NCBI GenBank assembly: GCA_973895155.1
Contig: OZ316893.1
Location: 9,239,839-9,303,838, forward strand
DNA from: Marsupella aquatica
Taxonomy: Eukaryota > Plantae > Marchantiophyta
DNA: 64,000 nucleotides
Direction: 5' to 3'
A model generated the notes under the pieces. The model was not told where the DNA came from, did no database searches, and worked only from the letters and a program-made list of their open reading frames with translations. Both the position numbers and the translations under genes were made by a program. Shown piece after piece: positions 27,689 to 41,900 of this stretch (position 1 is its first letter; the number at the start of each line of letters is the position of its first letter).

Positions 27689-30600
27689 TCACAAATTTGG
27701 TGATAGATCATACGGGACAGAGGTCTTGACATTACTTTTATGGAAGTCATTTTTCGTGCCTTTGCCCTCTGATGCACTACAGTATTGTTTTGGTGAGCTC
27801 GAGGAGCTTGCCTCTAGAACTGGATCCGGAATCTGCTTGTACCTGTACCATTTGGCAGAGACAACATAGAAAACCAGATTCAATGCGCTCAGGCCTACAA
27901 GAAGCCAGTAGAAGTAGTCGATATGGCAACGGTTCAAGTCGTTTCCGATCCATCCGCCGTTGGAATTCCAAGTCAATTTGGTGACGATACTGACTAGTAA
28001 GCTGCTGACGAAGCTCCCTATAGCCACAGTGCTGAGATAGAGAGCAGCCCCTACGCTACGCATGGAGTCAGGCACCTGGTCGTAGAAGAACTCACATTGT
28101 CCGACAGAGATAAAGACCTCAGACGCTCCTAAAAGCATGTACTGAGGGAGAAGCCAAAAGATGGACATGGGAAGGGTGTTAGGCTTGACCGTCCCGTTTG
28201 CGTCCATAGCTGAGAAATAGTTCTTGGCTACCCTCATCCGTTTCATTTCCACAATAGCTGCCAGAGTGATCGATAGCGTCGAAATGACCTGCCCCACTCC
28301 GATTCGCTGCAGGAGCGTCAGACCACGGTTGTTACCAGTAAATCTACGCACGAAGGGTACAAAAAGCCTGTCATAGAGGGGCAAAAGTGCACAGATGGTG
28401 GCCGTGATGAAGAGAGGGAACGAAGCTGCGGGGATTTGGAAATTGGGGCTAATGTGTCTGTCCATTGTGGTGCCTTGGCTCAGGAACAACGTCCCGACTT
28501 GTGCAAATACAGCTGAGAACATGAGATTTGTCACCCAGATGGGCAGCATTCGAATCAGCAATTTCACTTCTTCCACCTGCGTCACGCTACATAATGTCCA
28601 CGGGTCGGGTTTCGTTCCGTTGAATTTGTAAACCTCAATGTCTCCCGAGGTAACTGCTGCCTTATCCAGAAATCTGCACATAATTGCATCATCTTCAATT
28701 GTCAACTTTGAATGAAGTGCTGATCGATATCGATCTGATGAATGGTTTCAACTTGACTGTTAGTGGTAACAAATCAATGCTTTGCATGATGAGGTAACAA
28801 GGCTTTGACAATGAATTTTCTATTTTACTCCGCACGGAGAGACTATCTCCCGAATGTGAGGTTTGGATGGAGACATGCTTCGATTCCTATAACCGGTAAT
28901 TTGTGTTCCAGACCATGCCAGACCAGCTTTGTACTCAATACATATTCTTATCGGAATCAAACCTTGTACCCTGGGACGTGCATTAATAGTGAGCGGTCAC
29001 AGTAAAACCGTACCTAAAGTCATTGCTGTGAGGGAGCTTGCGCTGTGCTGGATCGAGGTACTCTTTGTCGTCGATTTCATATAGTTGATCATCGTCATTC
29101 GGCAGCTTGGCGTTCCAGTGGCGGATCGCAGCAACTATGACTTGCACAACACGAGTCAGCGGGCTCCCTGTTGGTTTCTGGTTGCGATACAAAGGTGTTC
29201 CGAGTAGGTATGCCCCGGTGGCGACTGCAGAAATGACTGCAGGAATCCCATAGCCCCAGGTATAGCCCATTGTTATTTGGATCCATACTAAACAACTTAC
29301 AGACAGCATCGTCCCGAAACTGATGCTCACAAACCACCAGTTCATAAACGACATTTTGCGCTTGTGCTCCTTCGCATCGCCCTCGTCGAACTGATCGCCA
29401 GCAAAGCCTGCGACGCAAGCCTTGATTCCACCGGCTCCTAGCGCCATCATGTATAAAGCACAGTAGAAAAATGTGATCTGCCTTGGACTGGCTGGTTCGC
29501 AGCTCCCTTGGGTAAATATGTCACACGTTGGCGGCTTTAGTGTTGGCACGGATACCGACATTACGACGAATACAAGAGCCTGCAAAAATTGAGCGTATGA
29601 ACTTGGCCATTCGATAAGTCAGATCTTGATAATATAGTCGTAAGGAATCCTCGACCAATGAATTTGCTATTCATCTCAGATTAGTCTAGCTTACTTTTAT
29701 GAAGTTCACTAATGCAACAGCGCCACGCTGCATGTCATTGAGCATGCACACATCTAGCTTAACAGCTTGCCTTTGGGTATTACAACTACATATGGTATTA
29801 CAGGAAATCAGATGTAAACCATGGATTTACTCGGAACAGCATTTGATGGTGTGAATTCCAAGTTTTCTTCGAATCGACAGTCTACGTGTTGACTTTGCCT
29901 TATGTACATTGAAACTAGTACGTTACAATCTATGTATAGAATTGGATTTCCAGTACATCATTGACAAATGAATAAACTGGTAAACCGAAACTGTAAACAT
30001 CAGTTTTCACATACCACGAAATAACCACAGGAGAAGTTGGCCAGGGTCCAGTAGCGCCCAATAAAAGCATCGGCAATAAATGCGCCTATGAGGGGCGTGA
30101 GGAAAGTAGTCCCCATCCAATTGTTCACATTCCTGGCCGCCACCGAAACATCCTCCCTCAGGACTATTGTGAGATACGTAACAAGGTTGGCCGAAATTGC
30201 GTAGAATGCCACTCTCTCACACACCTCACATCCTGCACAGAAATCATGCAGTGAGGGCGTGGTTTTGATGCACACCTTAATTATATACAGCCATGATGTG
30301 TGCATTTCCATATGACGGACTATCACATGCATCGACTTCTACCAAAGCTCTCCAGGTTTCAGAACGCCTAATTCAGAAATTGGAGTCAGGTTTAGACATT
30401 TGCTCCTCGTCTATGTAGGAAATATTCATGCTCAGACTATTATACTGTATACGCAAGATTTCCGATTCATCAATTATGTACTATGGTCTCCAAAGCTACG
30501 GATCGGCCGGCCGTCCCATCAGTGAGCTTCAGATATGATCATCTCGAACTTCTAGACACACTACATACTGCAAATTACCGGAATCTATGTACAGACAGCC

Positions 30601-31032
30601 GTTAGAAACTCTGACAAATCAAGCGAGTTCAATAAAACAAGCAACTGTATAAATTCTGTAAGGTGATTGCTAAAATGTGATTGTCGAGTGGATCTCGTTG
30701 CGGGGCAATCATGTCTTGTCTTGATAGCATTGGCTGGAAGTCTAGGTAGCTAAACTTAGCAGAAGCAAATTAACATCGTCGCTGAAATTGAACTTTACAA
30801 TTTCTTTCATAACATACAGAGTTCAAAGTCGAAGGTACTTACCGAATACAAGGAAGCAGGGTGTCCAGTTGCCAGTCTTTGACCTGAGAGCTGGTGAACC
30901 TCGACAGTTGAGACTCCCATCTGTAACTTGATCCGCCAGCGCAATCTCATCTTGCATTTCGGTTTCATAAACAGTCTTGCTTGGGCTAACGCCACAAGGT
31001 AGCACCCAGACCTTGGCTCCATTCTGCACCAT
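27689..31032 (-). CDS. NRT1/PTR family (NPF) transporter, most like the peptide-transporting NPF8/NPF5 type
   Basis: Exons 31032-30843, 30232-30015 (ExxER motif EVCERVAFY, GAFIADAFIGRY), 29579-29014 (GAGGIKACV, GDQFD, NWW, GSPLTR), 28673-27689 (QVEEVK, LQRIGVG, EFFYDQVPDSMRS, DYFYWLL). Canonical 4-exon layout with consistent phases. Confidence 0.95.
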
Positions 31033-32707
31033 GATCCAATTAAACCGACTACCTGTTTCAAGTGACAGACTTTACAGGTTAGAGACAAACTCGAGGCTTC
31101 CATCGATCAAATTCGAGTGATCGCTTAATTAGGGCTTTGATCATGCGCGACAGCTGAATGAATTTGTCATAAAACCCATTAAGGTCCTAAGTATAATCTG
31201 CCTAAAATGCAACCCGAATGATTCCGAGACTGCTGTAGGTATTGTTTGTAGGTCCCATGAGCTTCCGAGAGGAGAAAGTTCAAAACCTTGACCGATTGAT
31301 GCGTGGACATTGCAGCTCAAAGAGAAAATGGAGTGTTCAAACCTGGTTACGACAAAAGAGTCAAATGATCGAAGGGACCGGAGCTAACCTCACGCCAGCT
31401 GAGTACGTTTAGGAGATCGGAAAACTCTGTTGAGCTTGTAAACTTGAGCTGCATGGAACTCGGGCCACAGAGCAATGAAGGAACAATGATACGTTGAATT
31501 CTTCGGACTAAGCTATGACTAATTTGTTGGAAGAACAGTGGGGGCAAAGTTGGGTCACGGCAAAATTATTTCTATGTTACAGTGTTGGTGCTCGGAAGAG
31601 CTCGAAACTATGAGAACGGATCGAAGTACTTTAGTCAGCCGTCTACCAGCCTAGAACTCTTTCTAGATCCCGCCTTGTGTCTTTCAAGCTAATACCTATG
31701 GACGGGCTTGAATGACGAGAGAAACCACAATTAAACTTGCAGAGCGATTTCAACGTGACCTCACAACTACAGCAGCGACATATTTACTAGCTTGCAGCAC
31801 AGTATTGGAAATTTTGTGAATGGAACCATTCACAGCTGCACCTCTCTATGTTCTTGTGTGATATTTACATCCAGTGTGATCAATTGAGAACGATTTAATG
31901 CTGCGAGAAAAGGTCGAGCTGGCTCCCAACTTAATGAATGCTACTGACGAGTGGCGGTTCATATGCACAGGCTGCACGAATTTCTAGACTGCCGGCTGGG
32001 TACTTATGAAGAACGTGAAGGGTATGATCGAATACCCGCAATGCTACAAATGTAACTTGCGCTTGGCTATAACTTATACAGGCTTTCTACTTTCTTAGCC
32101 TAAAATATCCCCCGACCGTCTGCTTGCTGTCTGTCCATCCAGGCCTTCGGCATGCGCCTACCTCGGCTCCTGCACCAGCTAGTGCCCAACGCAGCCATTA
32201 TCATGTGTCAAGCTTTCTCCTCCTCAAGTACGGCTGCTTTGCCTGCTGGTGGCCGGATATATTGTACATGTACCAGGAGGTCCATATTCTTCGTATATTT
32301 CCAGCAAAATCAATCTATATCCCGCACTTCTGGCGCGTGCCTTTCATTGATTTCTTCCCGAGACAATAAATCCAATTTGCTCTCTTATATATCAAACAAA
32401 ACAGAATCGGAACGAAAAAATTAGGGGAGCCCCTTAATTTCGGGAATGTCCGAAATATTGGAATGTCTGACACGTTTAGAGCCTTCGGTTTCGGATCTAA
32501 TCATTTGTGCAGGAAGCCTTCCAACTTCCATGAGGTCTGCAGTCCCATCTTTCGATTTTCAATTTTCCTGATATACATTGTAGCTACTGGCTTGAATCTG
32601 TATCTCACAGTAACGTCCAATCTCAACAGTCTAGAACTAATGCAGTGACGACACCACAATGTACGAAATCGGACATACAAGTACATTATCGAAGGTACCT
32701 CCGTGCT

Positions 32708-32882
32708 CCAGCAGGTACCTGTAAATTGCACGGAAGTACCTTTGATCATGTATGGATCATCAGGTAAAGCTCGATCTCTACCTGGGCCGCATACACCAGC
32801 ATGTACCTGTAAATTGCACGGAAGTACCTTTGATCATGTATGGATCATCAGGTAAAGATCGATCTCTACCTGGACTGCATAT
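32708..32882. repeat. Tandem duplication, 88-bp period
   Basis: gtacctgtaaattgcacggaagtacctttgatcatgtatggatcatcaggtaaag...ctacctgg occurs twice, 88 bp apart. Confidence 0.93.
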
Positions 32883-33013
32883 ACGTATTGAACAGCAGCA
32901 CATAATTCGAATTGGAGCATAGCTGAGAGTTCCACAAGATCGCAGGTAGAATGCTCACCGGGCGTCACGTCAGTCCACCGAGCAAATCAAACCCCGGCCC
33001 CAATAAAGATTAG

Positions 33014-33280
33014 ATTCACGTTTATTGCCGCATGTGTAGTGCATGGCCGACGGCATCATCATTCTGACGAGAGATAGTTCGGCCATCTATCAGGAGGAAC
33101 CCGTAAATGTCTCGTGTATGTTTTCACGTGTATTTGCCGCGTGGGCAGTGCATGGCCGACGGCATCATTGACAGATGTTTAGGCTAGGCCTTGGAGCACT
33201 GTAAATGCCTCGTGTAATTTTTTCTGTGCAGCTTTGTTTACGATCGACATTGTGGCACCAGCTTTGTTTACGATCGACAC
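33014..33280. repeat. Imperfect ~105-bp duplication followed by a ~30-bp duplication
   Basis: ttcacgt..attgccgc..agtgcatggccgacggcatcat..gtaaatg.ctcgtgta x2, then cagctttgtttacgatcgaca x2. Confidence 0.8.
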
Positions 33281-35902
33281 AGTCATAATAATCGTTTATC
33301 ATGTACACCAGGTGGCCAGTCTAAAATAGGGGTAATGAGCCTGGCTATGAGATTTCCACATCACGTGGCCAGGCTAGCTCAGCCTAGATGAGAATTTGTA
33401 AAATAGGGCAAAACGACACTTGAACCTCATCTTGGCATGTTCATCCTAGCACTTGTTTAAGTTTTTTGTGTATAGCAATTTAGACTATCTTCAGTGTTCA
33501 CATTTAAAAACTTTGTGGTAGTCACCTGTTTGGGGTCGAGAGACAATCCTGGAGTCAAGAAAATAGCTATAGGATAATGGGTTTAGCGGAAACGATAGAA
33601 CTGTTAACGGGGTAAAGCTTTACTTGAGTGTTATAGGGCTATGACAATCGATCAGAATCTGTCTGCCTCTCTAAATCTGATCATCCCAGTCGAGTAGATC
33701 ATCAACATCCAATTTGCACCACTGATGGGCACACAAGTGTATTTAGTGAGCCGTTTAAGTTTGTGTACAAGCTAGGACTTGGGCAGTGAACTCACAAGCA
33801 GAATTTATTATTTCATTATCTCTGAATCAATGCGTGTACAAGATAGCTCTACAGTCTTTGTTCACATCTCGTGCTAGTTTGTGCTTTAGCTCAAATTATT
33901 GACAGGTTATGGGCTAAAACACATACTTTTTTTGAATACAATTCATGGTGGCAATCTTTGTATCTTCTGTCTAGATCTTTAGAAGCCTAATCATTAGAAC
34001 GATATTACTCCTTTTTGGTAGATTGCAGAATTAATTTTTCTCTTCAATTAGATCTTGAATACGTTCACCTCGTTTGACTACAGAAGTTTCTCCTTCGTCT
34101 GTCAGAGTTTATGAGTTCTTTATCATCTGCTCAAAATTATATCGATGACCTTTGTGATACGAGTCATCTACTTTCTAAGCTCGAAGGTGGCTCGGAAGGT
34201 GGCTCGGAAGGTGGCTCAAGTTATGAACAAGACAATTTAATTTCTCCTGTCCACAAGTCTTGCCTCAGCAGGCGTGTGTAAATTCATTCACTAAGCTTTG
34301 TACCCATTGGATAGATGAGCGTGATTATCATTTTTCAGGCCCGCCTTGAAGCTAAGCCTTTCTTGTACAAGACGCTCATGCTAGGATTTTGATTAGCACG
34401 ATTTGTAAGCCCCTCACATACAGTCAACACTACAGAAATTGACTGCCAAGGAGTGCTGGGAGAAGTTGCAGACCACATACCAATCACAAGGGCCCATTCA
34501 ACAACATTATACCTGGACTCGGTCGTGATTCCCGAGGTGCAAGGGTGAGGATACGGAGATCTGAACCATTAGGTGGAAATATACCTTGATAGCAGCCCCA
34601 CTGGTGAGGCTAGATATTCTGTTACATTTGGTGCCAAAAATAGAAGTCAACTATACTCGGACACAAGTGGTCCTCCACCATTGGTGTTGTGGATCGAGTC
34701 TTTCTTGTGGACAGAACAGGACGTGAAGAGTAGCGAACTATACCGGAGCAATTAATGCGTAAAATTTTCTGTAGGCTTCGCTACATGGGTAGACCCGAAC
34801 CTCAATGTAGCCTATCAGTGGCAAACAGACCTTCTCCAGAAACCACCAGATGTGACTACCTAGTCCACCGGTGGAGATGTGCAATCTAAACCATCCGCAG
34901 CGGAGTTTCTTGATATCAAAAATCTATACTATCGGTACTTATGCTGATCAAGGAACTGAGTGTTTTGCAGCAGTCGTGAATTGCAGGTGCTCCCAGAATT
35001 GCTAATCAATCGGCACACTTGAATGTGTATTATCTTCCTCAACACAAACAGAGTGATTCAAGTTTATGACCTGTTCGACGACCTGTTACGAGCGTTCCTG
35101 GCCTACCGGTTGCAGGAAATGCCCGGTGGGGACGACTTTTGCGTGACTGAAGCCCCCAAGCCTCACTTTCCATGTGGGATGCCATGGTGATTTCCCTTTC
35201 AAACAGTTGGCAGGAGAGTTTTGAGATTATCTCGTTAATTAGAAGTTTGCATCACAGAATTGAAATTGAATATATTGTTCATCCTGACAATTTGAAATTG
35301 GGGCCATAAGTATTGGTAGTACTCTAAAGGGAATCAGCACCTTTACAAATAACTTTAACATGTGAGTAACTGTCCACTGAATCACAAACCATGGGCCGGA
35401 AAGTTAAAACATTCTGTTAAACCGTCTCCTTTCAGGTACCCCAAAGTTCTGGACTCATGATATAAGTCAGATCGTCAATCAACATGTTGCAATTGAATTG
35501 ATAAATAAGTGGAGTACTACGTAGATAGCTCGCATAAAAGAGAGGTCATTTTCTCGGCATAATAACACCAGAAAATCAAAGGTTACAAGTACATTAGGAA
35601 GTCCTCCTTTGGGAAAAGTCATTGAATCACTCAAGAAATCTTCAACCATAGTTTCAGACTCGGTGCTTAAAAAGCTAAAGCTCCTATGCTTGTAACTTCT
35701 CTGCTCATGTCTGCTGAATTCCGTTAACTAAGCACGTTAGGACTCGTTGGGCAAGTCACTGAATCGCTGATTGAAGCCGGGATTGAAGAAGTCTAGAACC
35801 AGAGCTTCAGAGATCAGTGCCTCAAAACTGTAGACAGTCCATATTCGAACTTCTCTGTTCATGGCTTCTGAATTCGGCTAATAGTATCAAGAAATAACGC
35901 TC

Positions 35903-38900
35903 TCAGGTGAAGTAATTTACCTCGGGCGAAAATTGGTTCGACGAGTCCAATGCTTCACTGTATGAATCACTGAGGCTCGCTCCAGGTCCTTCGGAGCCCA
36001 TCTGCTCTGCACGTTTTGACTTTTCAAAATTGCTGAGATGCTCATATTCTAGCCTGCATTGGTACATTTGACGGCCAAGAGAACGAAAAGTTTAAAAATG
36101 CATTTCACGAGCCACTATAGTCCCCAGAATGAGGACGCTCAAACGTGCACCGGACGAAGCTCCCGACGAACTGTGCCTAGCTTATGATAACCTTCATGGT
36201 CACCGTTGTGGGTTCGATGACACAACTTGTACTGGAAACTATCTTTTGGCCTAGACATCATACTAGGAACTAAGTAGATCGGGCTACGTCTACAAACAAG
36301 ATTCCCCGTTGACGATGTGATGCTGCCATACCTTAATCACTAAACGATTACAAATGACATACAAGTTTTTTTCAATAAATAAAGCCGCTTTACTAGATGT
36401 TGACTTTACCTTTGACTGATCATTCTACATACGAACACGTACAATATATAGACAAACAATGGCACTCTGTGACTGTCCTGTGGGAGACTGGAACGTACAC
36501 GAACCTGTAGAAATTCCAGTGGCCACGGCGGAACACTTCCAGTATCGCTACCACTACATCTGTGATTTCGTGGGCTACTCCTCCTGGCACATGTAGCAGG
36601 GCGGCTAGCCATGCGAGTCTCAAAATTAAGTTGAAACCCTGCAGCATGTTTCGAACACTTGTTGAGGACAAGTTTTTGATGAAGGTTTCTGGGCGCTTTG
36701 TTCAATGAGAAAACTATCATGATTCAGCCAAGGCCGTTTAGTCTATCTAGAGATACATGAGATGCATTTAGAGTAAACACGTCCTGTAGACGTACATCCA
36801 TTGCTGAAGCCGACAAGCATGAGCAGGCTCTGCCAGTCTACAAGCATGAATCCGGTGGTTGAATGGGATAAGGAGTTACCATCGAGAAGTAGTATATGCA
36901 TTTGCGCCTTACAATCAACCGATTTCTCAGCCAAGGATTTACAGAATTGAACTGCATTAGGCCCCAGTCCATGACAAGGTCCCAGTAGAGATTGTAGATG
37001 GTGGAAATCCCACCAGACCCAATGAAGAGGAGAAACAACCGTGGCTCCGATGCGCCCTCCTGCCGTGAATAGGCTACTTTGATGAAAGAAGCGAACAACG
37101 CGGACAAGTACTTGCCGCCATTTATCGCTTGTTTGATGTCCCGCTCATCTATCCACCTTCTTGCACACTATCAAACCAGGCGCCAGGTAAAGGGAATGTG
37201 ATCATCTTCATATCCTTATATTTGTTTCTTCTGAAAGCTCATCTACGAGTTTTGCAAACGGAACGAGCCTTTGAGAACAATGACACAGTTTAAGTACGTA
37301 AAACACATTTCCGCGTTTTTGAGTGAACAGGATCCCTTACTCTGCCGTCCACTTACTACCCAAAGATATCTCTATGAGGACCTGAACATAAGAAAACTGA
37401 ATGAAGCTTAGCCGTGAAATCCAGGTCAGTAGGGCCCTAGCCAGTGGTTGCAAGCACTCATGGTAGGACGCCAATCAACGCTCTGGACATTTGTATCAAG
37501 GAGATAGAGCCTAACTACTAGACCGTCTGAAATTATTGATGTACACAACTTGTGATGGCCTGAAGCGAAGCTTAAGAGTCTCACCTGCATCAGTCTCCAC
37601 CAGAAGGGCAGCACACACACCAAATACTGCAGCGCTTGGTATATGCGACTATCGGTGCAAAGCTTGTCAGCCTCTTGTGAGTGAAAATAACCTCCGAAAT
37701 AGTAACATGAGATGTATGGAAGGTACTTCAACGCCGTCACCTGCCATTTATACATGATTTTGGAATGTGGAAATCATGAGGTTGAGGCTCAATCAAGCAC
37801 TATCGAATATCACCAATTTTCATCTGAATCAGGTCAACTTACTTGTACACAAAACTTTGATTCAACTAGAGTCAATCCTAATGAGTAAGTTTGAGTAGCT
37901 AGGGAGACTTGTCACAGCAATTGATTCTAATGTACATGTGCGTGATATACTTTCCAATGTCTCTAAGAGAAGCGTTTCAGGAAGTTACTAGTTCTGTCAC
38001 GTACACCTGCAAGTCATATTCAGCACAGTGGAATATCAGGCTGCCAATGATGACAAATACACTAGAGTTGGAAGCTGAGTAAAGAATACTACCTGGCTAC
38101 ATAGCTGGTCTGCCAGGAAGAAATCTGCCAATACAACCTACAATTTCCACATCAAGTTAGATGTCAATTTCAGTTCCGGATACATAACACTTTGTATGTC
38201 TGGGATACTCATTTTAAACATTTATTGATCAATCCAAAGAGATCTAGGGACAACCTAAGTTATTAAACCCACCATGCCAGGATTCTACAGCATTCTGTAT
38301 TTTGCACGCATTAATAATGTCCAACACAATAGCAGAGTATATCAGGATTCCGACATCCTGAGCACCTTGTAAAATGGCGAGCTGATAACTCGAAGAATGC
38401 AACGGAGGAAGACAACCCGCGTTGATCGATAACAGATATCGAGAGGTAGGAGCAAGATGAAGACAAAGATCTGCACGGATATCATTCACTGTATTCGTCA
38501 GTACAATCGTCTGGTCAGTTTTGGATATCGGCTAGCGATGTATATAACTTACTGGAATAGCAATTCAAGCTAGAATAATCACCCCTAGGAGAAAAGTGCT
38601 GTGATGGGGTACTTGTGTAATCTTCACAAATCTCAACAATGTAGGATATTCTCGTCGGTTGTCATATTATTGGATCTTAGACCTTTCCTGCCGAAATCAA
38701 GTTCGAGGGAGAACGTTGAATTACCAGAAGAACAGCGAGAGTAATGAGATCACCGTGTGGTGCGTCAGGGTATAGCTTCAAGATGACCAGAAGTAACATC
38801 CAAAAGCTGGTGAGACAACTACTCAAGAGCAGCACCTCTTGACATCGAAGCTCTACTCGCGGCGTCCACTGAAAAAGAACTGTATAGTTGATGTGAACCC

Positions 38901-41900
38901 GTCGCCAAAGATACATATTCCAGCCATACATGTACAAGTGCAGTAGAATCAAGCCTACAGTGCTGTTCACGCAGTCAATGACTAAGTTAAGTGTCCAATA
39001 GAAAGTAGAGGCTATGGACACAGCTTACAAACATTAAAAAATCCAACAATATACAGAGTTGTTGGGATGAGCACAAATTGCTGGCGACCCCCCTCTCTGA
39101 TAACTGCAGCTGTCTCAGGAGAAAGTGTGATGTGTACATACCAATCTAGCCCACTTATTATTTAATTGCACATTCTTACTGGAGAAAAGCAGACAAATTG
39201 AACTTGCGACTTAAAAATTAAAAATTAATGTCACGACAAATAATTCCAAGATCTTGACTTCGTGATCATTTTGGTTGTACCTATAAACAGGAAGAAGGTG
39301 TTGCATGATATTTTTCGGATACTGTCCAATCGGCCGGACTCTTGTAGATGGTAAGACTAGTGTCAATGCCAATGTGGAAAATAGGGCGACAGTGCATCCT
39401 GTGAAAAATCCTGCCAGCCAAATCATTGAGTTATTATCGACAGCCAGCACATTTAATAGACACTTCCTGCAGATTGTAATGGTTGTCTTACAGAACATGA
39501 TCTTCGGAACGGCCAGGATAGCCAGCAAGCATAGAATTAGATGTATTGCACACTTCCTCACTCAGGTGAACTTGCACTGTACAAGCCTATTGAACTGCTA
39601 AAATTTGATGTAGAACCAAAGGATCTATTTGCATGAATTTTAGAATCTAAGATTGATCAAGGAATGCGTGAAATCTGCTTGAATGATTGCTAGAAGAAGA
39701 AGAAGAAGGGAAGAAGAAGAAGAAGAAGGGAAGAAGAAGAAATGATTGTCCTGTCTAGACCAAAGCTAGCTTAATGAAAACAATTTTCTGGCTGATAACT
39801 TTTAGAAAATTTGTGCCAGGAAAATTTGTATTAGTACCCTGGAAATAAGACAAGCTCTCACACTCTGAAGGCCTTTGGACCGGTCTCAAGTAGACCATGG
39901 CCTGCTTATAGTTTCGCTTGGCAAGATGCTCAGTGAACAAATCTTCAACTCTATCCATCAATTGCCGAACCTGCTGCATGGAATCACCGTGATGATGCAA
40001 TAGTTAAGTAACAGTCAGTGATAGAATTAACGGGAGAAGACTTCTAACTGAGAGTTCCAAAATGTCCTCAGACTGAAAGATAGATTCAATCTACACATAT
40101 GTGTAAAGATATTCCTGCCGAACCTGCCTAATATACGATCTAGTTCATTGGAGGTGAAAACCCACGCAAACGCAATTGTTAAATTCGTGCAATTATCTCG
40201 AGGAGATGGACCCTGAATAGATTCCGGCACATGCATATCCAACTAAAGCCCCGTGTCCCTGACTAGTTTCTTGCCTTGTCTGAGCCTGCAAAGTAAGAAC
40301 TTTCGACAACTCTGCAATACGTCAGAGAAGCATTCCATCCTGTTACCTGCTCATTCACCATTTCAACACACAGATTGTAGATGGCGATTATTTCCATGGA
40401 TCACACGAAAACATTTTGGTTTGGGAATTTTTACCAGTCCTCTTATACAAACAGTCAGATCGAGAATGGTGCAATTACTTACTAGTACATTGTTTTATGC
40501 ATGGTTTTCCTTCGAGATCCTCTGTTCCCATGTTGATTCTTTATACCGACCTGAATTACGAAATACTACGGACATGTGCTACCAAGCAACGAAGAGTTTG
40601 AGTAAATTAATATAGAATCTGACCTTGTCATATTTCTTCAAAATCTTTGTAAACGCCATCATGTTTAAGGCACTGCGTACACTCCCAAAAGAGTTAGAGC
40701 TAATGCCGGTAGTATAACTCTTCAATCTGTAGGTCAAAAGCTGAAGTCGTATGGACGTACGAAGACTGATGTGGAGTCAGGACTTGAAGCCTTAGTTGGC
40801 TAACATTGCTGAGCAACAGAGGCTTTCTACGGAGAAGGTAGGTTACAGATATTGCAGCATATGCACAAGCTTCTGCTTGAATTGCAAGTAAAGCTAGCCC
40901 AACCTGAAGTGTTTAAGTTGCCCCAAGCCGCGGTAGAAATCAACAAAAGCAGCACGCATGATCTTCTCAGCGGCACGCACATTGTACTCAGCGCTCTGCA
41001 CCTGGCTCTCGACTAACGAAAGATCAGCTTCGTAACTTCGTTTCAATACAATTGAATCGTTACCTGTAGGCACAAATTACTTTTATAACAGAGTGCTTGA
41101 GCTAATGATCTAGTCTACTTGACGTCAACCACTTCATATAATGGGCTCTACATGGAAGAAACGTCGACTCGGTGGACCGCAGAGAAAGGATACTAGGGAG
41201 CGATCAAGGGACGGTCCAATTGCACCTGCCCAACACTCGTGAGATGTTTGGTGGGAACCTCTGACATCACATGAAGTTTTCTATACGTCTGCTTTTGAGT
41301 TCTGCTGATCGCCTACATCGCGCTTGCGACATGGTACCCGTGCTAAATGGCTTGAAGTCCACTGACCCGACATTTCAATCCAAGTGCTAGATAAAATGAG
41401 TGATCAGTCAAAATGAGTTCATGTATACCTGATCTATTATCGTCTATGTCGACAACGGAGAAAGGATTGATCATATTCCGGCTGATATTACTGCAGCCAG
41501 AGATGTCAAGTGCTTTCCGTGCGTCCAGAAGAGCTCCCATTTCAAGCTGCAGACTGTGGGCTCGAAGGTTGTATTCCTCCTCTGTAAGCCTGTAGAATCT
41601 GTTGACCATGTTCAGTTGCGCATCCAAAGTCTTAAAGAAGTCTGTGGCGAGCTGCGTGGGCTTATGTGCTGGAATGAGTGCTGCCATAACCTCGGTTTCG
41701 TAAACCTCGTCTTCATACTTGGTACCGCCTGGTCCGAGATGCCGCAGGTGCACCTATGTATGTAACCCAAAAGTACTGTGTCAGTTTTGATCGATCAAAT
41801 GCCGCCTATGTAGATACGTATATATAATGGGCTGTTCAAAGCTACTCTACATTTTTATGGTAAACCTCTGCAACCAAGCCGTCTTGCAGGGTGTCTGTGT

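Noticed and set aside
32877-32884. P1BS-like GCATATAC upstream of the NPF gene
   Set aside because: Single copy ~1.8 kb from the ATG at the edge of a tandem duplication; consistent with chance frequency.
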